Source of the DNA: Octopus sinensis
Lineage: Eukaryota
Direction of reading: 5' to 3'
Length of the DNA: 42,923 nt
NCBI RefSeq assembly: GCF_006345805.1
Contig: NW_021829589.1
Span: 1 to 42,923, forward strand
The notes beneath the pieces are model-generated. The model was not told the DNA's origin and made no database searches. It worked only from the letters and a program-made list of their open reading frames with translations. The translations under genes and the position numbers were made by a program. Positions 1 through 10,845 of this stretch are shown here, piece after piece. The stretch's first letter is position 1. The number at the start of each line of letters is the position of its first letter.

Positions 1-216
1 ACACAAGCATACACACACTATATATATATACATAAAATACATATATTATATAATGGGCTTCTTTCAGTTTCCGTCTACCAAATCCACTCACGAGGCTTTG
101 GTCGGCCCAAGGCTATAGTAGAAGACACTTGCCCAAGGTGCTACGAAGTGGGGCTAAACCCGTAACCATGTGGTTGGTAAGCAAGCTACTTACCACACAG
201 CCACTCTTACGCCTAT
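1..216 (-). mobile_element. SINE family A, 5' half (tRNA-like head + core), running into its internal microsatellite at the window edge
   Basis: Reverse complement reads ATAGGCGTAAGAGTGGCTGTGTGG (A-box-like) ... GGTTTAGCCCC (B-box-like) ... CCTTGGGCAAGTGTCTTCTACTATAGCC ... GAAACTGAAAGAAGCCC, matching about 10 other copies in the window. Confidence 0.85.
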
Positions 217-1111
217 ATGAATAAATAATGATAGCAACAACAACAGCAACGACAAAATCCAGCATCTACCGTAAGTTCTGCTCGATCTGTACTACCGTGG
301 GGCTGGAGTAACATCTGGCTGGTCCTCACCGAAATTAAAAATATTAATCAAATAAATGAAGCTATGAGACTAGAGTTAACAAGATGTTTTACCATCGGCT
401 TATTACCTCGTCCTAATAACCTGGATTCTTTGTATATTTTCGTTTCTGAGGCACCAGTTAATTATCATAACTAATTAACATAAAGCCAGTCAACTGTGAT
501 ATTAAAGCGAACCACAGATGGCAAGGTAAAAAATATAATGAAAGTATGTAAACAGGGAGGACGGGGAAGGACAGGCAGACAGAGAGAATATTGAAAATGA
601 AACAGAATAGTAATGGTACGTGCTCAACTAGTTCTATCATCCATCGCTCCGTTTTATGACGAATCTAATATTATTTCGATAAACATCACATTCTTTAACG
701 AAATAGAGCAGATACTGTCAAGGGAAGTAATTCACGTATATTTTGAAAGAGTAATTTCCCTTAGCAATTCGTGTTTATGTTCGTGCGTGCGTGCGTGCGT
801 GCGTGCTTGTGTGTGTGTGAGAGTAGGGGGCAAGGTGTGTACGCGTGTGTGCGTTAAAAAATGGCAACGAAATGGTCAGATTAGGGAAGCCGTGAGTCCA
901 AAGTAACGTATACGTTAAGAAGGGCTATCACATGATTGAGAGAGCGCTTTAAAGCTTCTACCGTTTTCAAATTGAAACGCATGCGCAAACACACACACAT
1001 ATATTATTTAGTATACTTGTATTATATATATATAAAATAATATTTATCTCTATAGGGCGGCCAGCAGGTAGAATCGTTAGCACATTGGACGAAGTGCTTC
1101 ACGAACAGTAC

Positions 1112-1176
<65 letters not shown>

Positions 1177-1179
<3 letters not shown>

Positions 1180-1510
1180 TAAACAGTAAAAATAATTACA
1201 GACATGGACAAGAACATGAAACCACCACAGAGACGACACAAGACCACAGGACGGGACATTCGAAGCCCTCAGTCATCAGTCAAGAACCAGATCATCTTAG
1301 CAATTTCGGCTGATTAATCTTGAGATTGCTCCGATATGGCCAGCCGCGCCAAGGGAAATCTAAGCAAGCGCATTAGATCCCCTGGAAGAAAGCTTCGAAT
1401 GTATACAACGAAAGGACGGAAAACGAACGAAGTACACACCAAAAATACAGAATACGTGACACACCAATAAGAATACAAAAACGTAAAAACAATAACGGTA
1501 AAAATAAATA
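1177..1510 (-). mobile_element. Probable Penelope-like element LTR/UTR fragment
   Basis: Non-coding block between (TA)n tracts with a hammerhead-like CTGATGA core on the minus strand (1273-1279), next to a long inverted repeat. Family assignment is inference. Confidence 0.35.
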
Positions 1511-1513
1511 TAT

Positions 1514-1838
1514 ATATTGTTATATTTCGGAATGGTCATATTGCCAGTTTAGCCAATAAAAACACACGCACTATATATTGGTGTTATTTTGCTTCAGTGA
1601 TATTTATTTTTTACATTAATCTTAATCTTATTTCGGCCAAAGTTCTTTCGTCTCACTCCTGTGACCGCATCAGTGGTCCTTTGTTTTCTTCTCACTTATT
1701 TGTGTCTCTCCTTACTAACCGTAATGTAAGATTAATGTAAAAAATAAATATCACTGAAGCAAAATAACACCAAATATATAGTGCGTGTGTTTTTATTGGC
1801 TAAACTGGCAATATGACCATTCCGAAATATAACAATAT
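1514..1838. repeat. Near-perfect long inverted repeat (arms 1514-1624 and 1727-1838, 102-bp spacer)
   Basis: The arms are exact reverse complements over 111 bp except for one extra A in the right arm (CACCAAATATATAG). Confidence 0.95.
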
Positions 1839-1892
1839 CTGTTTCAACACACGACTTCACATAAAAAATCTTGCACAACAAATATTTAAACG

Positions 1893-1926
<34 letters not shown>

Positions 1927-2019
1927 CATACATACATAAATGCATACATATAGATATAGATAAACTTACTTGGAAATGGATGCGTGGCGTTCAATCAAAT
2001 AATAATATAAATAATATGC

Positions 2020-2080
<61 letters not shown>

Positions 2081-2363
2081 AACAATTGCAGCGTGGAAGA
2101 TGTTTATAAGCCATTTAAGAAACACACAAAAGCCGTTCGATTCACTTCAACATTTAAGTTTAATTTGTCAAAATATTTCGTCGCTAAAATCCGCGACCTG
2201 TTCCTGACAAAAATCTGTGCTGCAGCACTAAACTTAAATGTTGAAGTGAATCGAACGGTTTCTGTGTGTTTTCTTAAATGGCTTATAAACATCTTCCACG
2301 CTGCAATTGTTTTTCGTTTCAGCACACGACTCTGATCAAATTACTTGCTATGCGAGTACATCT

Positions 2364-2434
<71 letters not shown>

Positions 2435-2770
2435 GTTTCTTATTTGCGAACGGCAAAGCTCCGACACAGGTTATTAAATGGTGGAGGCAGAAAAGCCTCA
2501 CGCACACATTCATTTTTCACATGTCACATATATGCTTTCCCCACCTCGTACCTCATCTCTCTTACACACATCCGCGCTCGCAATTTATCCAGTTACAAGC
2601 CTCCAGAGATGTCTCCTGTTTCAGTATACATTCCCCTCTTACTCACACTCGCTCGATCCCTCCCTAAAATCAGTCGCAAATCCCCGTAAAGAACCATGGC
2701 CACTGCTTTTCCTACTGAGAAAAAGATAAAATAATACTTAGTTTCTTCGGTGTTATCATTTATCAATATT

Positions 2771-2970
2771 ATGACGGCGAGCTGGCTGAATCGTTAGCAC
2801 ACCAGGCAAAATGTTTCACAGCATTTCGTCCGTCTTTATGTTCTGAGTTCGAATTCCGCTAAAGTTGACTTTACCTTTTATCGTTTTGAGGGTTGACAAA
2901 ATACGTGTCAGTTGAGCATTGGGATCGATGTAATGGAATTGAAAGCCTTGTGCTGAATTTGAAATCAATA
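2771..2970 (+). mobile_element. SINE family B, short-tail type, diverged
   Basis: GGCGAGCTGGCTGAATCGTTAGCAC head, B-box-like GAGTTCGAATTCC, and body GTTGACTTTACCTTTTATC ... GATCGATGTAAT. Confidence 0.8.
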
Positions 2971-3617
2971 TTTACCAAAGTTCTTGGAGTTTTGTACAGT
3001 TTTCATTGGCACATGCTTACATTGCTTTAATTAACAGAAACCTTATTTGCTGTTGATCATCGTTAAAGAATAAGTCGGGGAAAGGGACGATTAATTGTGA
3101 CTGCTTAGATGCTGACGATTTGAAGTTCAAACCGTTTTGGTGGTAGTAACTTATGGCACTCGGGACAAACACGCAGACATTTGCACGGGTGCACATACAG
3201 ATACACATGTGGATAAAGACAGTGTTTAGCAGGGAGAAAAAGAGAGAGAAAGAAGGAGAGGGAGAGGAACATTACTTGTACATATAAACATGACTAGATA
3301 TCCACACGCATTAACACACACGCACAAAGAAAAGAGACAGACAGGCATACGGAGGGGCAAACAGACAGACAAAACGAGAGATACTTTAAGACGTCTGATG
3401 TCAAATAATTCAGCGTCGAATTAGTGACGCCGAATAGATGACACCAAAACAGCTTTGCCAAAACGTCTCATATTCGTAAAATAGTATTTGTTTATGATTT
3501 CACGTACTTAAGACTGTTTGTAAGAATCTCTAAATTAAATCGTCGTGGATGTTATTTTGTTAAATAACAATATTCGCATTCAAACTATCACGATGTTTTG
3601 GAAAATTTTTAACATAA

Positions 3618-3791
3618 ATAGGCGTAGGAATGGCTGTGCGGCAAGTAGTTTCCTTACGAACTACATGGTTCCGGGTTCAGTCCCACTGCGTGGCACCGTG
3701 GGTAAGTGTCTTCTACTATTGCCTCGGGCCGACCAAAGCCTTGTGAGTGGATTTGGTAGACAGAAACTGAAAGAAGCCTGTCGTATATATG

Positions 3792-3831
<40 letters not shown>

Positions 3832-4047
3832 GCGTGTTTGCGTGTCTGTGTTTGTCCCCCCAACATTGCTTGACAACCGATGCTGGTGTGTTTACGTCCC
3901 CGTAACTTAGCGGTTCGGCAAAAAAGAGACCGATAAAATAAGTACTAGGCTTACAAAGAATAAGTCCTGGGGTTGATTTGATCAACTAAAGTCGGTGCTC
4001 CAGCATGGCCACAGTCACCTGACTGAAACATGTAAAAGAGTAAAGAG
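3618..4047 (+). mobile_element. SINE family A, full length with internal (TA)n/(TG)n
   Basis: A-box-like TGGCTGTGCGG, B-box-like GGTTCAGTCCC, core, (TA)n, second body, tail GGTGCTCCAGCATGGCCACAGTCACCTGACTGAAAC, and AAAGAGT repeats. Confidence 0.9.
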
Positions 4048-4254
4048 TAACAGTATAAAACAAAGGTACAATAGTAACAGTTGAAAAAATAATGTTTAAC
4101 GTAGAGGAAATAGTTATAATACAATTACAGCAGAGATTAATCGTTCTATAATATATGCGAGGGAAATTTTGGAAAAGGGGGACAGTCGATATCATGGACA
4201 CCAATGCATAACAGAAAAGACGAAAAGCAAAGTCAACCCAGGAGGAATGTAATA

Positions 4255-4491
4255 CCTATTACTTTACTACCCACAAGGGGCTAAACACAGAGAGGACAAA
4301 ACAAGGACAGACACACCGATTAAGTCGATTATATCGACCCCGGTGCGTAACTGGTACTTATTTAATCGACCCCCAAAAGGATGAAAGGCGAAGTCGACCT
4401 CGGCGGAATTTGAATTCAGAACCTAACGCAGACGAAATACCGCTAAGCATTTCGCCCGGTGTGCTAACGTTTCTGCCAGCTTGCCGCCTTA
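4255..4491 (-). mobile_element. SINE family B, long-tail subfamily (B2), followed by a second partial B body (about 4215-4254)
   Basis: Reverse complement reads TAAGGCGGCAAGCTGGCAGAAACGTTAGCAC ... TGTGTTTAGCCCCTTGTGGGTAGTAAAGTAATA|GGTATT. Confidence 0.9.
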
Positions 4492-4580
4492 ATTAATTAT
4501 AGTAAAAATCCTTTTACTAAAGTTGTTGGAGGAGAAGACTAGTGTATTCGAGGAAGAATGAACAGAGATCAGTATAGAGT

Positions 4581-4646
<66 letters not shown>

Positions 4647-4671
4647 ATACATATATATATATATGTATATA

Positions 4672-4987
4672 TCCTTAAATCCTTAAATGCTTAAAAACGT
4701 TTTAGCCCGAAGGCCGCGGCCATGGTGGGGCACCACCGCTGAATGAGCTACACTAATATGTGAATCCACCTCTGATACGTGGCACTTGGTCAACAAGGGA
4801 GTTCTATGCCGCTGCCCGTATCTGTATCTCTTGTCGTGAGGTAGGTTCATCTGGGCCCCCCGACAAGAAGAGATCCAGTTTAGTTTTAAAGAAACCCACA
4901 TCCATAACATGCAAGTCTCTCACGCATTTAGAGAGGACGTTAAAGAGCTGTGGTCCTCTGAAACCCAAGCTGTTGCAGTATCTGGTC

Positions 4988-4990
<3 letters not shown>
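4672..4990 (-). mobile_element. 3' end of a CR1/L2-group (jockey-superfamily) LINE, with ORF2 C-terminus remnant and 3' UTR
   Basis: Minus-strand translation RTRYCNSLGFRGPQLFNVLSKCVRDLHVMDVGFFKTKLDLFLSGGPDEPT...AAA*NSLVDQ fits the GP-LFN-LP...FK-KLD-FL-PDEP pattern of CR1/L2-type ORF2 ends. It has an in-frame stop and ends in short TTTAAGGA repeats. Confidence 0.75.
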
Positions 4991-5045
<55 letters not shown>

Positions 5046-5678
5046 TGATTCATTAGATTGAAACTCATTCCGGACTGAGCTAGTGATAGACAAGTTCCCT
5101 GAAGTGGCCTATATCTGTATAGTGAGTTACTATATGTATTTTCAATGCGTATCTCTGCTGCGTTAGTTCTGAGTTAAAATAAGAATTTAATAGAATGGCT
5201 TCTATATCAGGTTATTTGATTTCCATATTAAATACTAAATAAATGGAAAATTTAATAATTAACTATACTTTAGCGTCAAACATTAACACTCAATAACTTT
5301 CACCTGCTCAAAGAGAAGGAAAAGAAATTGTATTTAGAGTTATTTCCCTTGACAGGGGGCATAACACAATCTCAGTGTATAAGGTGATTTTCAAGGGAAA
5401 CAACTCAATACATCTTGAGTTATCTCCCTTATTACATAATTCTAGTTTACTTAAAATTATTTTGGTGTGTGTGTGTCTTTTGCTCGTAAGTATATTCCTA
5501 TTTGTGAATTTCTTTTCCTTTAAATTTCTACACATTATGAGGTAAACACTGGAAATGATCACGGGACCTCATCTTGTTTTGTAGGTAACCCAATAAATAA
5601 ACGAGGGTGATGTTTAATGTTAAACATAGCGAAAACCTGTCAGTGAAATACATTTCGTAACGAGGTATGGTTACGAAT

Positions 5679-5736
<58 letters not shown>

Positions 5737-5821
5737 ACTTTTATATATATTTTAGCTTTCTCTCTATCATATTTTTTCTTTATTACAAAAGCCCCTAATT
5801 AACCTCATCACTTTAGTGACG

Positions 5822-6018
5822 AAAACAACAATTTCGGAGAAGGCAGCTGGACGATGACTTCGATCCCAGTTTTCGATTGGTATTTATTTTATCGATCTCG
5901 AAAGGATGAAAAGCAAAGTCGACGAAGGCGGAATTTGAACTCAGAACTTTAAGACGAACAAAATGCTGCTAATCAATTTTCCAGGTGTGGTAACGATTCT
6001 GCTAGTTCACCACCTTAA
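5822..6018 (-). mobile_element. SINE family B, diverged
   Basis: Contains AAAGGATGAAAAGCAAAGTCGAC ... GGAATTTGAACTCAGAAC ... AACGATTCTGCTAGTTCACCACCTTAA. Confidence 0.75.
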
Positions 6019-6331
6019 CCCCCTTAATTAATATCCACCCCTTATAAAGCAATAGTTTCCGATTTAGACACCCTACCAGCATTTCTTCCGGGTAGGATTG
6101 CATCAAGACACGTAGCAGAAGTTTATTATTTTTATTTTATTTATTAACCACGAAAGAATACAAGGCAACTTTGATCATGGTGTCATTTGAACTCAGATGG
6201 TTAAAATCCAGTATGTATAAGAAAATACCGACGCTTTAGTAATCCTGCCAGTACACCGCCTTCGCTGGAAAATAGCAACGAGACTTATTTCCCTTGCACA
6301 TAAAGATTTCCTGACAACCAAAAGCGCTCTG

Positions 6332-6349
<18 letters not shown>

Positions 6350-6407
<58 letters not shown>

Positions 6408-6497
6408 GTGTATCTTTCTCTCTCTGTATATATATATATATATATATATACAGAGAGATACACACATACATATATACATATCCGATTCTACTCTCCT

Positions 6498-6557
<60 letters not shown>

Positions 6558-6707
6558 TCTTTCTCTCGCTCTCTCTCTATCAATCTATCTGTCTATCTCC
6601 AACTTTCTTTCTTTCTCTCACTCTCTTCCTCATTCTTTCTCCCTCTCTCTTTCTCTCATTATCTTTTTGCCTCTATCACACACTCAGTGTCTGTCTCTCT
6701 ATCTAGC

Positions 6708-6742
<35 letters not shown>

Positions 6743-6770
6743 ACTCACTCTCTCATACACCATCTGTGCA
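6350..6770. repeat. Compound (CT)n/(TA)n and degenerate CT-rich tract
   Basis: Seen directly in the sequence. Confidence 0.9.
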
Positions 6771-7201
6771 TTAACTAACTGACAGTTTCTCACCTTCGCA
6801 ATCGTTTTCTAACGAGTTCAGACACCTGCTTTTATTTTCGCGGGTCGAGCGAGTATCTTTAAACTGATGTCTTCTTAAATTGGCAGAGCTCCTCTCTACC
6901 CATTATCGCCATCGATTTGGCCATTTAAATCCCTTTGCCAAGAAAAGAAATTTTCATGTGTGTTCAAATTCCGCCAAAGGTTTCTTTGCCTTTCATCCTT
7001 ACCGGGATCGATAAATTATGTACCAGTTAAACACTGGGGTCGAGGTATTCGACTTAACCTGGCCCCCAAAATTTCTGGCCTTGTGCCTACTGTAGAAAGG
7101 ATTATCATCATCATTGTTACTGTTGTTGATGTTGTTGCTGCTGCTGCTGTTGTTATTGCTGCTGATGTCTTCTTCTGCTTCTTCTTATTCTTCTTATTAT
7201 T

Positions 7202-7675
7202 ATCAGGACTCACGCCATTAGCCACAAAGAATAATCTCTAATTCGAGCCTACTCTAAGCTACTAAGAATGCGTGTGGCAACTTGAAGATCCACCCACCAC
7301 ACGCGATAGATTGGCGGTTGCACGGGCGCGAAAGCTACGTTGTTATCCTCATTCCATAAACGGTGGCTTTTAACGGGTGGAGAACTGAACCATCCTGGGG
7401 TACAGAGGATTCGCAATCTAGACTAGGGCCTAAAAGTTTACCACACCATAGTGGGTTACTCCATGGTTCCTCTACTTTGTGGCAGAAGTAGGAATAAAGA
7501 GTGAGAGAAGGTTGTGGTGAAAGAGTACAGCGGGGATTACCAGCCACCCCACTGCCGGAGGCTCGTGGAGCTTAGGTGTTTTTGCTCGATAAACACTCAC
7601 AATGCCCGGTCTGGGAATCGAAAGCGCGTTCTTACGACCGCGAGTCCACTGCCCTAACCACTGGGCCATCGCGCT
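7202..7675 (-). mobile_element. SINE family C (tRNA-Arg-like head), tail variant 1
   Basis: Reverse complement reads GCGCGATGGCCCAGTGGTTAGGGCAGTGGACTCGCGGTCGT ... TTTCGATTCCC, then the shared body (CCTAAGCTCCACGAG ... GCTGTACTCTTTCACCACAACC), then a unique tail of about 290 bp ending in (AAT/AAG)n. Confidence 0.85.
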
Positions 7676-7725
7676 TTCACTGCTGCTGTTGGCGCTGTTG
7701 ATATTGTTGTTGTTGTTGTTGTTGT

Positions 7726-7945
7726 TAAAGTGGTTAGCTGACAGAATCATGAGCACGCCAAATGCAATGCTTAGCGGTATTTCATCCGTTGCCATGTTCT
7801 GATTTCAAATACCAGCGAGACTGATTAGACAATTCATCCTTTTGAGGTCGATAAAATAAGGACTTGTTGAAGACTGGGGTTGATATAATCGACTAATTCC
7901 CTCACCACAAAATTTCAGGTCTTCGGCATATATTAGAAAGGATTT
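7726..7945 (+). mobile_element. SINE family B, short tail, diverged
   Basis: Head AGCTGACAGAATC ... and tail CAAAATTTCAGGTCTT ... AGAAAGGATT. Confidence 0.7.
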
Positions 7946-8016
7946 TCAGTAGTAGTAGTAGTAGTAGTAGTAGTTGTTGTTGTTGTTGTAGTAGTAGTAG
8001 TAGTAGTAGTAGTACT

Positions 8017-8575
8017 GAGTGAGAGAGCTGTGCATGCCATCAAAGTGACACTGGGGTAAAATATACGAAACCCAGTAGACCATCATGACTACCCGTCTGA
8101 TAAGGGTACACCAGGTACATGCATCACAACCACATGTGCGTGACATGGTAATTTCACATCATGATAAGTAGCACATGACCTTTCAGGTGGGGCCCAGTTA
8201 GAGTTTCCTTCAGGTTGAGTAGCCCATCCGGCTCAAAATGTTCCTGAATAAGAGTTGTTTGAAAATGTTGAACGAAACACCCATTTTTCCAGAGGTAAAT
8301 TATTCAAACCCCAAACAATCCCTCAAAGGTGAATTATCCAAATCCGAAAGAATTCCTCTCAACACATGGCTATAATGCTCCCCCACATATCGTCAGCCAC
8401 TAAGGGACATGCTCAACTGTTAAGGTCAAACAACTGACAAGCAAATCTGTAGTATTGAGCAGAATATTTGCTGTAGCCCATCTTTTATACCAAAACAAAA
8501 CAACGTACATGATAACACTTCCAATCAGTTAAGATCAGAATCCACGAGAGCCACTGCCTGGAACTGCATCAGGGC

Positions 8576-8579
<4 letters not shown>
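8017..8579 (-). mobile_element. Non-coding retroposon of about 560 bp (family F) between trinucleotide microsatellites
   Basis: Flanked by (TAG/TTG)n and (TTA)n. Its 8017-8115 end recurs in the opposite orientation at 40340-40437, followed by (AAT)n. No ORF. Confidence 0.7.
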
Positions 8580-8627
<48 letters not shown>

Positions 8628-9882
8628 CACCATCATACATACATATATCTTTATATGTATGGATTAAAGTCATAGAGTGCTTTCATTTACATATTTGTGG
8701 TCTCACCACATAAAGTTAAAGCAAGAATCTATATAGATTTTCGAATCGTTAAAGTCTCCTTATAAACCGACCAAAATCATAAAAACGATAATAGTGTATT
8801 ACATAGTTATCGTTTTTCATAACTAATTTCGTACAAATTTAGAAAATATCAATAGCAGAAAGCGTCACATTCACCAGCTGTGTGCTTTTTGGCGACATCT
8901 CAACTAAAAGACACAAGTGTTGGAGTTTGTTACTAAGAAACGTTGATACGAGATGTTCGCGTGTTCGATTCCGATGAGAGTATGTTTCGTTTTATTTTAT
9001 TTTATTTCAGAAAATAAATGTAATGAATATACATTATCTCAATTTACTCTATCATCATTTTATTTTATCATATTAATTAGACACACCTTTACTGCATGCC
9101 ACAATTCAATTTTTAACTAATGTGGATTTCAGAGTTATCGCCCTTATTATTCCTGATGAAAATTATCATTAAGTCTAATGACTTGACACTAAATTACGTA
9201 TGACTTTTCATTGATAAAAAACGAAGAGTGTGCAGTGGCTTAGTGGTTACGGTGTTGCACAAACACAATGAGGTTCTAGACTCGATTCCTGTCCTGGTGG
9301 AGCGTAGTATGCTGCAGTATCACACTTTATTTTATGGTGTTCCAATCTGCTCATGAAAGTGAATACCACTGGGTGTTGGTACCATCCTTACTCATTGAAA
9401 CTTACATGCAAAACTATAAAAAGAGATCCTTAATTTTCGCACCCAAACACGTATGACTTGACAACATCTACAACCTTTACATTGTTTTAACTTGCCTATG
9501 TAGCTGTGAACAGACATAGATACACACTTGGATTCAACACATTTCACTCAAAAGAATATCAAAGATGTGAGAGCTGGAGAGGGACAGGTTAGAGCCAGTA
9601 CTCGGCTGGTCGTTATTGTCAACCAAGAAGACAGGAGCAAATGATATGAAATACCTTTTCCAAAGACACAACACGCCGACCAGTTTAGGCATCGGATACA
9701 CAATTTTAATATGAGTCCATAATAGAGGCCAAGTGACCTCTGCGATCTGGCAGAATGGGTTAGTACGCCGAGCGAAATGCTTAACAGTGTTTCGTTTGTC
9801 TTTACGTTCTGAGTTTAAATTCCGCCGAGATCGACTTTGCCTTTCATTCTTTCGGGGGTCACTAAACTGATAGAAGCCCGTC

Positions 9883-9910
<28 letters not shown>

Positions 9911-9913
<3 letters not shown>

Positions 9914-10208
9914 CGTGATCACCGTGACCGACCAGTCTATCAGATGTTGCTACATATCGCTGGTCACAATGCGCTTCGCATTGTTTTAGCCTTCAAAAGA
10001 CGCCAACTCGCTGGCTAAGCGAACAGGCCAACAGAAGAAAGAGTGAGAGAAAGTTGCGGCGAAAGAGTACAGCAGGGATCGCTACCACCCCCTGTCGTGG
10101 AGCTTTAGGTGTTGTCGCTCAATAAACACTCACAACGCCCGGTATGGAATCGAAACCACGATCCTACGACCGCGAATCCGCTGCCCTAACCACTGGGCCA
10201 TTGCGCCT

Positions 10209-10209
<1 letters not shown>
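9911..10209 (-). mobile_element. SINE family C, tail variant 2
   Basis: Same head and body as 7202-7675, with a different tail ending CATCTGATAGACTGGTCGGTCACGGTGATCACGGTG then (AT)n. Confidence 0.85.
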
Positions 10210-10248
<39 letters not shown>

Positions 10249-10249
10249 T

Positions 10250-10488
10250 GCTGAGACACCCTTCGGTTATGAGCCCATTCGCCCATGCATACCGGCCTCC
10301 CCTCTCCACACCACTGATGTTATCCCAGGGAAAGGCAAAGGCAGATATAGCTTGGCACCTGTGACGTCGCAACTCATTTCTATAGTTGAGGGAACTGAAG
10401 CAACGTGAAATAAAGTGTCTTGCTCAAGAACATAACATGTAGCCCGGTCCGGGATTTGAACTCACAACCTCACGGTCGTAAGCAAGGC
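10250..10488 (-). mobile_element. SINE family D fragment (B-box + CORE/Meta-like TTGAGCAAGACACTT domain + tail)
   Basis: Reverse complement reads GAGTTCAAATCCCGGACC ... TTCTTGAGCAAGACACTTTATTTCACGTTGC ... GCCTTTGCCTTTCCC ... GGAGAGGGGAGG. Confidence 0.7.
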
Positions 10489-10659
10489 GGCGATAGGTGT
10501 ATAAACAGCAAGCAGGTGTATTAGTTTGACGCTGAAGAAAGTTTCGATCCTACGCTCTTCAACAGAAAGGAACATGAGGAAATAAACAGAGAGTATATAC
10601 ATACATAGATGTGTGTGTGTGTGTGTGTACGTGTACATATATGTGTGTGTCTTTGTATT

Positions 10660-10845
10660 TCTGCTTGTCTGCCATCAATGCTTAATAACGGGTGTTGGTG
10701 TGTTTATGTCCCCGTAACTAAGCGTTTCGGCCAAAGTGAGCGATAGAATGAAAATAACTAGCGTCGACCCATTTGACTAAAACTTCTCGAAAGCAGTGCC
10801 CCAGCATGACCGCAGTCTAATAACTAAAACAAGCATTAAATAAAT
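10660..10845 (+). mobile_element. SINE family A, 3' half
   Basis: GGTGTGTTTATGTCCCCGTAACTAAGCG ... GTGCCCCAGCATGACCGCAGTC. Confidence 0.75.

Noticed and set aside
613-906. 97-aa ORF near the window start
   Set aside because: GTG start, runs through (GCGT)n/(GT)n, and no recognisable family.
10135-10209. tRNA-Arg(TCG)-like sequence (also 7610-7675 and the heads of families A and B)
   Set aside because: There is no proper acceptor stem, and the sequence continues into a multi-copy SINE body, so these are SINE heads rather than tRNA genes.
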